A DNA stretch of 64,000 nt. It comes from Dehalococcoidia bacterium (GTDB lineage Bacteria > Chloroflexota > Dehalococcoidia > UBA2979). The DNA is taken from contig OZ244720.1 in the NCBI GenBank assembly GCA_965219085.1, positions 32,001 to 96,000 on the forward strand, written 5' to 3'. How positions within the stretch are numbered: position 1 is the stretch's first letter; each line of letters starts with the position of its first letter. The notes beneath the pieces are model-generated. The model saw only the letters and a list, made by a program, of their open reading frames with translations, was not told the DNA's origin and searched no databases. The translations under genes and the position numbers were made by a program. Shown here piece after piece: positions 1 to 7,711 of this stretch.

Positions 1-631
1 TGGCGTCGGTCGCCTCGTAGCGGTAGCAGCGGCCCGGCACGGCGATGCGCACCGGCGGCTCGTGCTCGTCGAGGTAGCGAATCTGCATCGGCGAGGTGTG
101 CGTGCGCAGCAGCAGCGGCTGGCGGCCGTCGACGTCCTCGTCGAGCCAGAACGTGTCCCACATGTCGCGCGCCGGGTGGTCCTCGGGGATGCGCAGGCGC
201 GTGAAGTTGTAGTCGTCGAGCTCGACCTCGGGGCCCTCGATGGTGGCGAAGCCCATGCGCGTGAAGGCGTCGAGGATGTCGTGCAGGGTCTGCGTGACGG
301 GATGGAGCCCGCCGCTGCGGCGACGCCGTCCCGGCAGGGTCACGTCGACGGCCCCGCTCGCGAGCGCGGCGGCGCGCGCCGCGGCCGTCAGCTCCTCGCG
401 CCGCGCCTCGAGCGCCGCCTCGAGGTCGCGCTTGAGCTCGTTGGCCGCGCGCCCGGCCGCCCGACGCTCCTCGGCGGGCAGCCCGGAGAGCCCTCGGAGC
501 ACGGCAGTCAGCGACCCCGACCGCCCCAGCGTGGCGACGCGCCACGCCTCGACGGCGTCCTCGTCGCCGGCCGCGGCGAGGGCGGCGCGTGCGTCACTGG
601 CGAGGGCGTCGAGGTTGGGGGTGGGGGGCAT
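1..631 (-). CDS. pheS: Phenylalanine-tRNA ligase alpha subunit (5' part; runs off the window edge)
   Basis: Manual translation from ATG 631: MPPTPNLDALAS...GGLHPVTQ...GPEVELDDYNF...HPARDMWDTF...LLRTHTSPMQIR...PGRCYRYEATDA, the class II PheRS motifs. Confidence 0.96.
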   Translation of the reverse strand, partial: MPPTPNLDALASDARAALAAAGDEDAVEAWRVATLGRSGSLTAVLRGLSGLPAEERRAAGRAANELKRDLEAALEARREELTAAARAAALASGAVDVTLPGRRRRSGGLHPVTQTLHDILDAFTRMGFATIEGPEVELDDYNFTRLRIPEDHPARDMWDTFWLDEDVDGRQPLLLRTHTSPMQIRYLDEHEPPVRIAVPGRCYRYEATDA

Positions 632-670
632 GGGGGGAGTGTGGCGCGGGGGGCGGATGTGGGCAACGCG
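559..670. repeat. Direct repeat copy 1: pheS promoter plus first 24 codons
   Basis: Aligns without gaps to 1221-1332 (offset 662), about 15 mismatches in 112 nt by hand count. Confidence 0.9.
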
Positions 671-685
671 GCGCGCGCGGCCCGA

Positions 686-964
686 TCAGTCCTCGTAGCG
701 AAGTGAACTCGCGAGGCCCTCTGCGCCGGTCGGAGGCGGAATGGGCCGCCCCTGCTCGAGCTCCGACTCGATCCACAACGCCATGGCGTCTTCGATGTTC
801 GAGGCGGCCTCGGCGGCCGTAGCACCGCCCGAGAAGCAGCCGGGGAACTCGAGGACCTGCGAGGAGTACGTGCCCTCGGGATCGCGGGTGACGATCAGCG
901 TGTACGCGCTGCGCATGATCTCGCTCACACGCGGGTCCTGGACATCCGTCGGCGAACTAGTCAT
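686..964 (-). CDS. hicB: HicB family antitoxin (short, no C-terminal DNA-binding domain)
   Basis: YTLIVTRDPEGTYSSQVLEFPGCFSGGATAAEAASNIEDAMALWIE...IPPP; the ATG overlaps the end of hicA. Confidence 0.88.
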   Translation of the reverse strand: MTSSPTDVQDPRVSEIMRSAYTLIVTRDPEGTYSSQVLEFPGCFSGGATAAEAASNIEDAMALWIESELEQGRPIPPPTGAEGLASSLRYED

Positions 965-1184
965 CGCTACTCTCCTGCAACGCCTTGATGATATTCCGTG
1001 CGACGCCGGTTGTGAGCGTAACGGGGATGGTGAGCGTGCGGTACCCGGGCTTGACGAAGTGCATGTGCCCGCCTCGCGTCCGCCGATACACCCACCCGCA
1101 AGCCTCGGCGGCACGGGTGAGATCGCGGCTCCGGAGGTTGCCGACCCTCGCCCGCAGCGCCGCGAAGTCAACGGCCTCCGGCAC
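957..1184 (-). CDS. hicA: HicA family mRNA interferase toxin
   Basis: 75 aa, GWVYRRTRGGHMHFVKPG..LTIP (G-x-H catalytic motif); directly upstream of hicB. Confidence 0.85.
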   Translation of the reverse strand: MPEAVDFAALRARVGNLRSRDLTRAAEACGWVYRRTRGGHMHFVKPGYRTLTIPVTLTTGVARNIIKALQESSDD

Positions 1185-1220
1185 GCCGACACAATGTTAG
1201 TGCATCGAGCACCGGGCACG

Positions 1221-1332
1221 CCTCGTCGGCGACAGCGGCGAAGGCGGCGCGGGCATCACTGGCGAGGGCATCGAGGTTCGGGTTGGGGATCATGGGGGGA
1301 GTCTGGCGCGGGTGGCGGGTGTGGGCAATGCG
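1221..1332. repeat. Direct repeat copy 2: duplicated pheS promoter and 5' fragment (encodes MIPNPNLDALASDARAAFAAVADE; ORF 1293-1168)
   Basis: About 87% identical to 559-670 by hand count. Confidence 0.9.
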
Positions 1333-1497
1333 CTCGGACAATCCGCACACTTATCCACAGCCGGGTCGCTGGTGTGCGCAGATGGACAGGAAATCGTGGA
1401 CAATCTCCTTGCGGGCAGGTATCCGCATACATACGCTAGCTCATGAGCAATTTGACAAGTGAGGGCTCGCCACTCACGACCGGCCTGGAGGATCCCC

Positions 1498-2274
1498 ATG
1501 ACTCGTCTCACATGTACCCGCGATCAGGCTCGGTCGAAGATCGAGATGCAGGTCGCGGCAGCTCAGACGCTGCAGGGCGGCAGGGAGCCAGGTTGGGATC
1601 TCCGCTACGAGAACTGGGACGCTCACAATCGAGCACTCCTCGAATCACTGTTCGAGGACTCGGGCCTAGCCGAGGAGTACGCGACTATCTCCACGGGGAT
1701 GCCCATCATGTTCTCGATGGACGAAGGCCCTCGTCTGGCAGCTGAAGCAAGGCGAGACACCTTCAAGCGACGATTGAACCGGCTGAGCTCCTTCGTTGAT
1801 CGCTTAGAGTTCTACGACGAGCCCAAACCCGAGGGCACGCTCAGACCCCCCGAATCGTTCAAGTGGGTCGAGTCGCTCCACCCAGAGGTGCGACGTCAAG
1901 CCGGGCCGCTCGTGGCAAGCGGACACTATGCAGAAGCAATCAGGAAGTCGGCTCAGCATCTCCACAATTGCGTGCGGGAACTCGCGGAGCAGATCGATTC
2001 AGCAGTAGGACAGCGTGACGGCGTTGCTTTGGTTAGCACCGTCTTTGGCGAGAATCCGCTCATACTTCTCACGCCCCGTCTCACCAAGTCCGAACGCGAC
2101 GAACACGACGGCCTCCGGTACCTATTCATGGGCGCGATGGCAGCCTTGAGGAACCCGCGCAGTCACGAGACGGACGAATGGGCTGCCCGTGACATTGACC
2201 TGCGCGAGGTCGTCGAGTGGCTCGGATTGCTCAGCGCTCTTCATCGAGCTCTCGACCGAGCACCAAACGCATAG
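1498..2274 (+). CDS. TIGR02391 (Ymh-like) HEPN-related protein
   Basis: C-terminal LHPEV...GHYAEAI...DGVALVSTVF...SERDEHDGLRYLFMGAMAALRNPRSH (Rx4H); GGAGG RBS before ATG 1498; lower GC than the flanks. Confidence 0.8.
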   Translation: MTRLTCTRDQARSKIEMQVAAAQTLQGGREPGWDLRYENWDAHNRALLESLFEDSGLAEEYATISTGMPIMFSMDEGPRLAAEARRDTFKRRLNRLSSFVDRLEFYDEPKPEGTLRPPESFKWVESLHPEVRRQAGPLVASGHYAEAIRKSAQHLHNCVRELAEQIDSAVGQRDGVALVSTVFGENPLILLTPRLTKSERDEHDGLRYLFMGAMAALRNPRSHETDEWAARDIDLREVVEWLGLLSALHRALDRAPNA

Positions 2275-2310
2275 CGAGGAACCAGTCGTCGATTCCGCCC
2301 ACCCCGGGGA

Positions 2311-2394
2311 CCGTGCTCTCCCTCCTGCCTGGGTGACCTCGCCCGAGGGTTGCAGCCTCTTAGCGTGGAGAGCGCGGAGGCAGGTTCGGGCTGC
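2311..2394 (+). ncRNA. Candidate structured intergenic RNA with multiple pseudoknot-type pairings; family unknown
   Basis: Complementary segments 2311-2321/2367-2377, 2324-2330/2378-2384 and 2352-2357/2389-2394, plus a hairpin at 2337-2348. Confidence 0.45.
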
Positions 2395-2455
2395 TATTTG
2401 CTAATCGTCCCCTACAATCCCCCACACCACACTGCACACCCGAAAGGACACACCG

Positions 2456-2707
2456 ATGAGCGTTCGCGGCTACATCCTCGTCGAGACCGAGGTCGGCAGG
2501 ACCCAGGCGGTCGGGCGCGCCATGCGCGACCTCGAGTCCACACAGGCCACCGTCACCGCCGTCGACACCGTCACCGGCCCCTACGACGTCATCGTCCAAC
2601 TCGACGCCGAGGACCTCGACCAGCTCGGCAAGTGCATCACCGAGGAGCTCCAGGCCGTCTCCGGCGTCCAGCGCACGACCACCTGCCTCGCCGTCTCGCT
2701 GGGCTAG
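2456..2707 (+). CDS. Lrp/AsnC ligand-binding (RAM) domain protein
   Basis: YILVETEVG...VTGPYDVIVQL...GVQRTTTC; AAAGGA RBS; TACAAT -10 at about 2413. Confidence 0.88.
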   Translation: MSVRGYILVETEVGRTQAVGRAMRDLESTQATVTAVDTVTGPYDVIVQLDAEDLDQLGKCITEELQAVSGVQRTTTCLAVSLG

Positions 2708-2749
2708 CAGCCCCGCGCCCACCCGGATGCTCGTGTATCCTGACTCCCG

Positions 2750-3037
2750 ATGGTCGCATTCGACACAGCCAAGGTAGAGCGCGCACTGCGCGAGCCGCTC
2801 GGCGACGAAGCCGCGCGCGAGGTGACCGAAGCCCTCGCCGAAGGCATGGGCGAGCACCTTGCGACGCGCGAGGACCTCGGACGGCTCGGCAACGACCTGC
2901 GGGCCGAAATCGCGGCAGTCCGATCCGAGTTGGGCGCCGAGATACGCCAGGCCGAACAGCGCATCCTCATCCGCCTTGGTGCATGGACGCTCGCCGTGAT
3001 GTCCGTGGGCGTCGCGCTGCTGCGACTAACGGCATAG
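2750..3037 (+). CDS. DUF1640/CCDC90-like coiled-coil protein with C-terminal membrane anchor
   Basis: FDT...LATREDL...LRAEIAAVRSEL followed by a hydrophobic C-terminus. Confidence 0.7.
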   Translation: MVAFDTAKVERALREPLGDEAAREVTEALAEGMGEHLATREDLGRLGNDLRAEIAAVRSELGAEIRQAEQRILIRLGAWTLAVMSVGVALLRLTA

Positions 3038-3077
3038 CCACCCGCCCCCACTCCCCACGATCGCGTACGATCGACGC

Positions 3078-4418
3078 ATGACGACCACCGAGACACGCTC
3101 CTCCCTGCCCGCCGCCATGATCTCCGTCGAGGAGGCGCGGGCGCGCATCCTCGAACACTTCGCGCCCCTCGACGTCGTCGAGACGCCGCTGCTCGAGGCG
3201 GCCGGGCAGGTGCTCGCCGCCGACGTGCGCGGCGGCTTCGACATCCCGCCGCTGCCCAACACCTCGATGGACGGCTACGCGGTGCGCGCGGCGGACACGG
3301 CGGGCGCCACGCCCGGCGGCCCGCTGCGGCTGCGCGTGACCGGCTACCTGCCCGCCGGCTCCGTCTACGACGGCGCGGTCGGCCCCGGCGAGGCGGTGCG
3401 CATCATGACCGGCGCACCCATCCCCGACGGCGCCGACGCCATCGTCCCCTTCGAGGAGACCGACGAGGAGGAGCAGACCGCGCGCTGGGAGGACGGCCCT
3501 CGGCCCGAGGTCCGCATCGACGTCGAGGCGCGACCCGGCGCGAACGTGCGCCCGGCCGGCGAGGACGTGCGCGCGGGCGAGCTCGTGCTGCCCGCCGGGA
3601 CGATCCTCGGGCCGGCGCAGATCGGCGTGCTCGCCTCGCTCGGGCTCGGCACGGCGCGCGTCGTGCGCCGCCCGCGCGTCGCGATCCTGTCCACGGGCGA
3701 CGAGCTGCTGCGACCCGGCGAGCCGCTGCGGCCGGGCGCGATCTACGACGCGAACGGCTTCTCGCTGGCCTCGATGGCGCGCGAGATGGGGGCCGAGCCG
3801 CGCGTGCTCGACATCGCCGGCGACACCGTCGAGGCGCTCACCGCGCGCGTCCACGAGGGCCTCGCCGACGCCGACCTGCTGGTGACCTCGGCCGGCGTCT
3901 CGCGCGGCGACTTCGACGTGGTCAAGGAGGTGCTCGCGCGCGAGGGCTCGGTCGGCTTCTGGACCGTGCGGATGCGCCCCGGCAAGCCGCTCGCCTTCGG
4001 GACCTTCCAGACGGGTGGCGAGGCGGGCGACGGAGAGGCACGACGCGTCGTGCCGCACCTCGGGCTGCCCGGCAACCCGGTCTCGGCGATGATGACGTTC
4101 GAGCTGTTCGGCCGCCCCGCCGTCTACACGATGCTCGGCAAGCCGCAGGCGTGGGAGCGCGAGCGCGTGCGCGCGGTGGCCGAGGAGCGCATCGCCCGCC
4201 CCGACGACCGCCGCTTCTACGCCCGCGCCATCGTCGAGCGTCGCGAGGGCAGCTACCACGCGCGGCTGACGGGCCCGCAGGGCTCCGGGGTGCTGACCTC
4301 GATGGCGCTCGCGAACGGCATCGTCGTGGTGCCGGAGGACGGCGCGCCGATCGAGCCCGGCGACGAGTGCGACGTGATGCTGATCGGCCGCGTCCTCGAC
4401 GCCACCGACGAGGCGTGA
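3078..4418 (+). CDS. moeA: Molybdopterin molybdotransferase MoeA
   Basis: SMDGYAVR, RIMTGAPIPDGADA, STGDEL, MRPGKP and GLPGNPVS motifs. Confidence 0.96.
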   Translation: MTTTETRSSLPAAMISVEEARARILEHFAPLDVVETPLLEAAGQVLAADVRGGFDIPPLPNTSMDGYAVRAADTAGATPGGPLRLRVTGYLPAGSVYDGAVGPGEAVRIMTGAPIPDGADAIVPFEETDEEEQTARWEDGPRPEVRIDVEARPGANVRPAGEDVRAGELVLPAGTILGPAQIGVLASLGLGTARVVRRPRVAILSTGDELLRPGEPLRPGAIYDANGFSLASMAREMGAEPRVLDIAGDTVEALTARVHEGLADADLLVTSAGVSRGDFDVVKEVLAREGSVGFWTVRMRPGKPLAFGTFQTGGEAGDGEARRVVPHLGLPGNPVSAMMTFELFGRPAVYTMLGKPQAWERERVRAVAEERIARPDDRRFYARAIVERREGSYHARLTGPQGSGVLTSMALANGIVVVPEDGAPIEPGDECDVMLIGRVLDATDEA

Positions 4419-4951
4419 CCGCACCCCCTGGGGAGGCCCCTGCGGAGCCCCCTGTGGAGCCCTCGATCCCGCCGGTCGTGCGCCTCGACGCGCCCACCGA
4501 CTCCACCGTCTCGCTGCTGACCGCGACGCTCGTCGAGGCGCTGCGCGCGCGTGGCTACCGCACGGCGAGCGCCGAGCGCCGCCCCGGTGGCGACGGGCTC
4601 GCCGTGACGCTGCCGAGCGGCGGCCGCATCGGCGTCGAGCGCGATGTCGCCGAGGCCGACCTCGGCGCCTTCGTCGCCACCCTCGACCCCCGCGCCGACC
4701 TCGTGCTGGCCTTCGGCTTCGAGGACCCCTCGACGCCCCCGCCCGCGGCGATCGTGCTCACGATCGCGGGTGCCCACCTCGCAACCGTCGACGCCGCCGA
4801 GCTAACGCCGAGCCTCCAAACGGGCGGCCCCTCCCCCGTCGTCGAAGACCTCGCGTCGCTCCTCGACGCGCGCGTGCTCGGCGGCGTCGAGGAGTCCTCG
4901 GGGCGTGGTTTGGGGGCGAGGGTGCGGGGGTTGTTCAGGCGGCGGAGTTAG
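4415..4951 (+). CDS. Divergent MobB-like protein lacking a Walker A motif
   Basis: GTGA-coupled to moeA; LVEALRARGYR and DLVLAFGF resemble MobB segments. Confidence 0.5.
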   Translation: MTAPPGEAPAEPPVEPSIPPVVRLDAPTDSTVSLLTATLVEALRARGYRTASAERRPGGDGLAVTLPSGGRIGVERDVAEADLGAFVATLDPRADLVLAFGFEDPSTPPPAAIVLTIAGAHLATVDAAELTPSLQTGGPSPVVEDLASLLDARVLGGVEESSGRGLGARVRGLFRRRS

Positions 4952-4983
4952 GCCATCGCGGCCCGGGGTATGCGGCCCCGGCA

Positions 4984-5021
4984 CCCTCGCCCAGTCCTCT
5001 GGGAGAGGGCGGGGGTGAGGG
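4984..5021. repeat. REP-like palindromic element (CCCTCACCCC..CCCTCTCCC..GGGCGAGGG on the minus strand); possible terminator between convergent genes
   Basis: Stem ccctcgcccag/ctgggagaggg followed by cgggggtgaggg. Confidence 0.55.
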
Positions 5022-5081
5022 CTCCGGCACGCGTCAAGGCGACACAACGCAGGGAGAATACACAACTGCCCGTGTGCCCGC

Positions 5082-5444
5082 CTACCACCGCTCGCAGTAG
5101 CGGAACGCCGCTCGGCCACGCAGGTCTTCTGGCACGCGCTTGCCGACGTAGTAGTCGGCGACCTCAGGCTCGGCATCCCGTCCGACGAACCCCCACCTGT
5201 CGGGCTCGTCGCCCTTGCCCGGAAAGTTCTCATTGGTCGCCCGCATCCACCGCTCGGGCCGGAACGCGCCGCGGACGATCCCGTCGCTGTGAGCGAGCAC
5301 GAGGGCGTAGCGCTCAGCCCGCCCTACGTCGACCTTCCATGCATACCTCGCGAGCTCGTACACATCGACGCCCTCGCGGTACGTCTGCGCGATGGAGACC
5401 AGCAGTAGCGGCTCACGCACCTCGAACGGCTGTGCATCCATCAT
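5082..5444 (-). CDS. Hypothetical protein resembling the C-terminal domain of bacterial LEM-3-like GIY-YIG proteins
   Basis: VYELARYAWKV...VLAHSDGIVRGAF.PERW...RWGFVG...YVGKRV; ATGA overlap with the upstream hicB-like stop. Confidence 0.55.
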   Translation of the reverse strand: MMDAQPFEVREPLLLVSIAQTYREGVDVYELARYAWKVDVGRAERYALVLAHSDGIVRGAFRPERWMRATNENFPGKGDEPDRWGFVGRDAEPEVADYYVGKRVPEDLRGRAAFRYCERW

Positions 5445-5644
5445 TCGTCCTCCAGAAGTGCTCGCGCCTGCAACACCGCACTGAGCGTCCCGCGCTCCCT
5501 GCACGACTCAATGAAGAGGTACACCGCTTCCGCGAGATTGCTTGCGGCATCTTCCTTCGTGTCGCCCTGGCTATAGACATCAAGTGGCGGCCAGCGCGAG
5601 ATGTGGACATCGTCCTCGCGCCACACCTCAGCATTTGGGAGCAT
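5441..5644 (-). CDS. Orphan HicB-like antitoxin
   Basis: LDVYSQGDTKEDAASNLAEAVYLFIESCRERGTL; TGATG-coupled to acyP. Confidence 0.75.
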   Translation of the reverse strand: MLPNAEVWREDDVHISRWPPLDVYSQGDTKEDAASNLAEAVYLFIESCRERGTLSAVLQARALLEDE

Positions 5645-5982
5645 CAGATAACCGCCTCGAAGCCGCGGAACTCGCCCGTCGGCTCCTCCCAACGGTAGTC
5701 GAGGTCATGCACCATCGCCAGCGTGGGGCCCTCGCGCAGCCGCTCGATGAAGCGACGCAGCGTCGGCTCGTCCGCCTCGGCCTGCACCTCGACGGTGCGG
5801 CCGTCGGGCAGGTTGCGCGCGTAGCCGTCGACTTGCAGGCGCTGCGCCTCGTAGACGCAGAACGCGAGGTAGCTCACGCCCTGCACCCGCCCCACGGCCT
5901 TCGCCACGAGGCGCCTCGGACGGCGCGGGTCGACGATGCCTCGCGGCGCCTCGGTGGCGCCGTCATCGGCGTAACCGATCAT
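5644..5982 (-). CDS. acyP: Acylphosphatase family protein
   Basis: GRVQGV, GYARNLPDG.VEV and LREGP motifs. Confidence 0.85.
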   Translation of the reverse strand: MIGYADDGATEAPRGIVDPRRPRRLVAKAVGRVQGVSYLAFCVYEAQRLQVDGYARNLPDGRTVEVQAEADEPTLRRFIERLREGPTLAMVHDLDYRWEEPTGEFRGFEAVI

Positions 5983-6010
5983 TGCGCGCGGCTCCGCCGG
6001 CGGCCGGGGG

Positions 6011-7711
6011 TCACGGCGTGGCGAGCCCGCGCACGATCTCGCGCACGAGGTCTTCAGGCACGTCGTTGCGGACGACCGGACGGCCGATCTCCTCGAGCAG
6101 CACGAAGCGCAGCCGTCCGCGCTCGACCTTCTTGTCGAGGCGCATCGCGCCGAGCACGGCCTCCGGGTCGACGCCGGGCGCCGACAGCGGCAGCCCGAGC
6201 GCGCGCAGCACGTCGGCCTGGCGCGCGACGATCTCGCGATCGTGAAGTCCGAGGCGTTCGCCGATGCGGGCGGCGCCCATCATGCCGGCTGAGACCGCCT
6301 CGCCGTGCAGGAAGTCGGTGTAGCCCGTCGCCGCCTCGATACCGTGGCCGATGGTGTGGCCGTAGTTGAGGATGGCGCGCAGCCCCTGCTCGCGCGGGTC
6401 GGCCGAGACGACGAGCGACTTGAGGCGCGCCGACCGCGCCGTGACGCGCGTCAGCAGCTCGGTGTCCAGCGGCAGCGCGACGAGCGCCCCTGCGTGGCGC
6501 TCGATTTCGTTCATCAGCCCCGGGTCGAGGATGAGCGCGTGCTTGACCACCTCGGCGAGGCCCTCGGCGAGCCCGCGCCGAGGGAGCGTGCGTAGCAGTT
6601 CGATGTCCGAGATCACGGCGCGCGGCTGGTGGAACGCGCCGACGAGGTTCTTGCCCTCGGGCAGGTCGACGGCGACCTTGCCGCCAATGGCGGCGTCGTT
6701 CATCGCGAGCATCGTCGTCGGCACCTGCACGAACGGCATACCCCGCAGGTACGTCGCCGCGACGTGGCCGGCGAGGTCGCCCACGACCCCGCCGCCGAAC
6801 GCCATGATCGTGTCGCGGCGCTCGGCGCGCGACTCGGCGAGCCAGGCGTACAGCTCCTGGACGACACCCAGCCGCTTCGACTGCTCGCCCGAGGGGACGA
6901 CGTACGAGGCGCCCTGGAACCCGCCCGCGTCGAGCGCCTCGACGAGGCCCTCGCCGTGCGCGTTCATGACGTTCTCGTCGGCGATGAGGTAGACGGTCCC
7001 GTCGAGGCCGAGCTGGTGCAGGCGATCGGGCACGCGCGCGAGCTCGCCCGCGCCGACCCAGATCGGGTAGCGGTCCTCGCCCGTATCGACGATGGCGGTC
7101 GGCCCGACCGCGGGCGGGTGCATCCCGAGGCGTTCGAGGCGGCGATCGCCTCCGGCGAGGACCGATGCGCCACCGGCCCACGCGCGCAGGATGCGCTCGG
7201 CCACGTCGGCAGGCGTCAGGCCCTGTGTCGGCACCCACAGGTCGGCGTGCGAGTAGGCGACGCGGCGCTCGTCGTCGAGTTCCTGCAGGCGTGTCTCGAG
7301 GTCGCCGGCGAGCAGCGGGCGCTCGCTGCCGTCGACCGTCTCGCGGACGCGGCGAGCGATCTCGGTGGGGGTAGCGTCGAGCCAGCACAGCAGCCCGCGC
7401 TCGCCGAGCGCGCGGCGCGCACGAGCGCTGAGGAAGGCGCCGCCGCCCGTCGCGATCACAGCCGGCGCGCGCTTCGCCGCCTCGGCGACCACGCGCTCCT
7501 CGATCCTGCGGAAGGCCGGTTCGCCGTCCTCGGTGATGAGTTCGGCGGGCGTGCGACCCTCGGACTGCGTGACGAGGTCATCCGTGTCGATCAGCGGCCA
7601 GCCGAGGCGGTCGGCAAGGATCGCGCCCGTCGCGGACTTGCCGACGCCGCTCAGCCCGACGAGCACGATCTGGCGCACCGCGCCGCGGGCCGCTTCGTTG
7701 GCTGGGCTCAC
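6011..7711 (-). CDS. aroB: Fused shikimate kinase / 3-dehydroquinate synthase (AroK-AroB)
   Basis: N-terminal GLSGVGKS and ATGGG; C-terminal GGGVVGDLAG, VPTT, GKNLVGAF and LNYGHTIGH. Confidence 0.95.
   Translation of the reverse strand: MSPANEAARGAVRQIVLVGLSGVGKSATGAILADRLGWPLIDTDDLVTQSEGRTPAELITEDGEPAFRRIEERVVAEAAKRAPAVIATGGGAFLSARARRALGERGLLCWLDATPTEIARRVRETVDGSERPLLAGDLETRLQELDDERRVAYSHADLWVPTQGLTPADVAERILRAWAGGASVLAGGDRRLERLGMHPPAVGPTAIVDTGEDRYPIWVGAGELARVPDRLHQLGLDGTVYLIADENVMNAHGEGLVEALDAGGFQGASYVVPSGEQSKRLGVVQELYAWLAESRAERRDTIMAFGGGVVGDLAGHVAATYLRGMPFVQVPTTMLAMNDAAIGGKVAVDLPEGKNLVGAFHQPRAVISDIELLRTLPRRGLAEGLAEVVKHALILDPGLMNEIERHAGALVALPLDTELLTRVTARSARLKSLVVSADPREQGLRAILNYGHTIGHGIEAATGYTDFLHGEAVSAGMMGAARIGERLGLHDREIVARQADVLRALGLPLSAPGVDPEAVLGAMRLDKKVERGRLRFVLLEEIGRPVVRNDVPEDLVREIVRGLATP

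Noticed and set aside
6011-7711. AroK-AroB fusion as a novelty
   Set aside because: A known fusion in several bacterial lineages.
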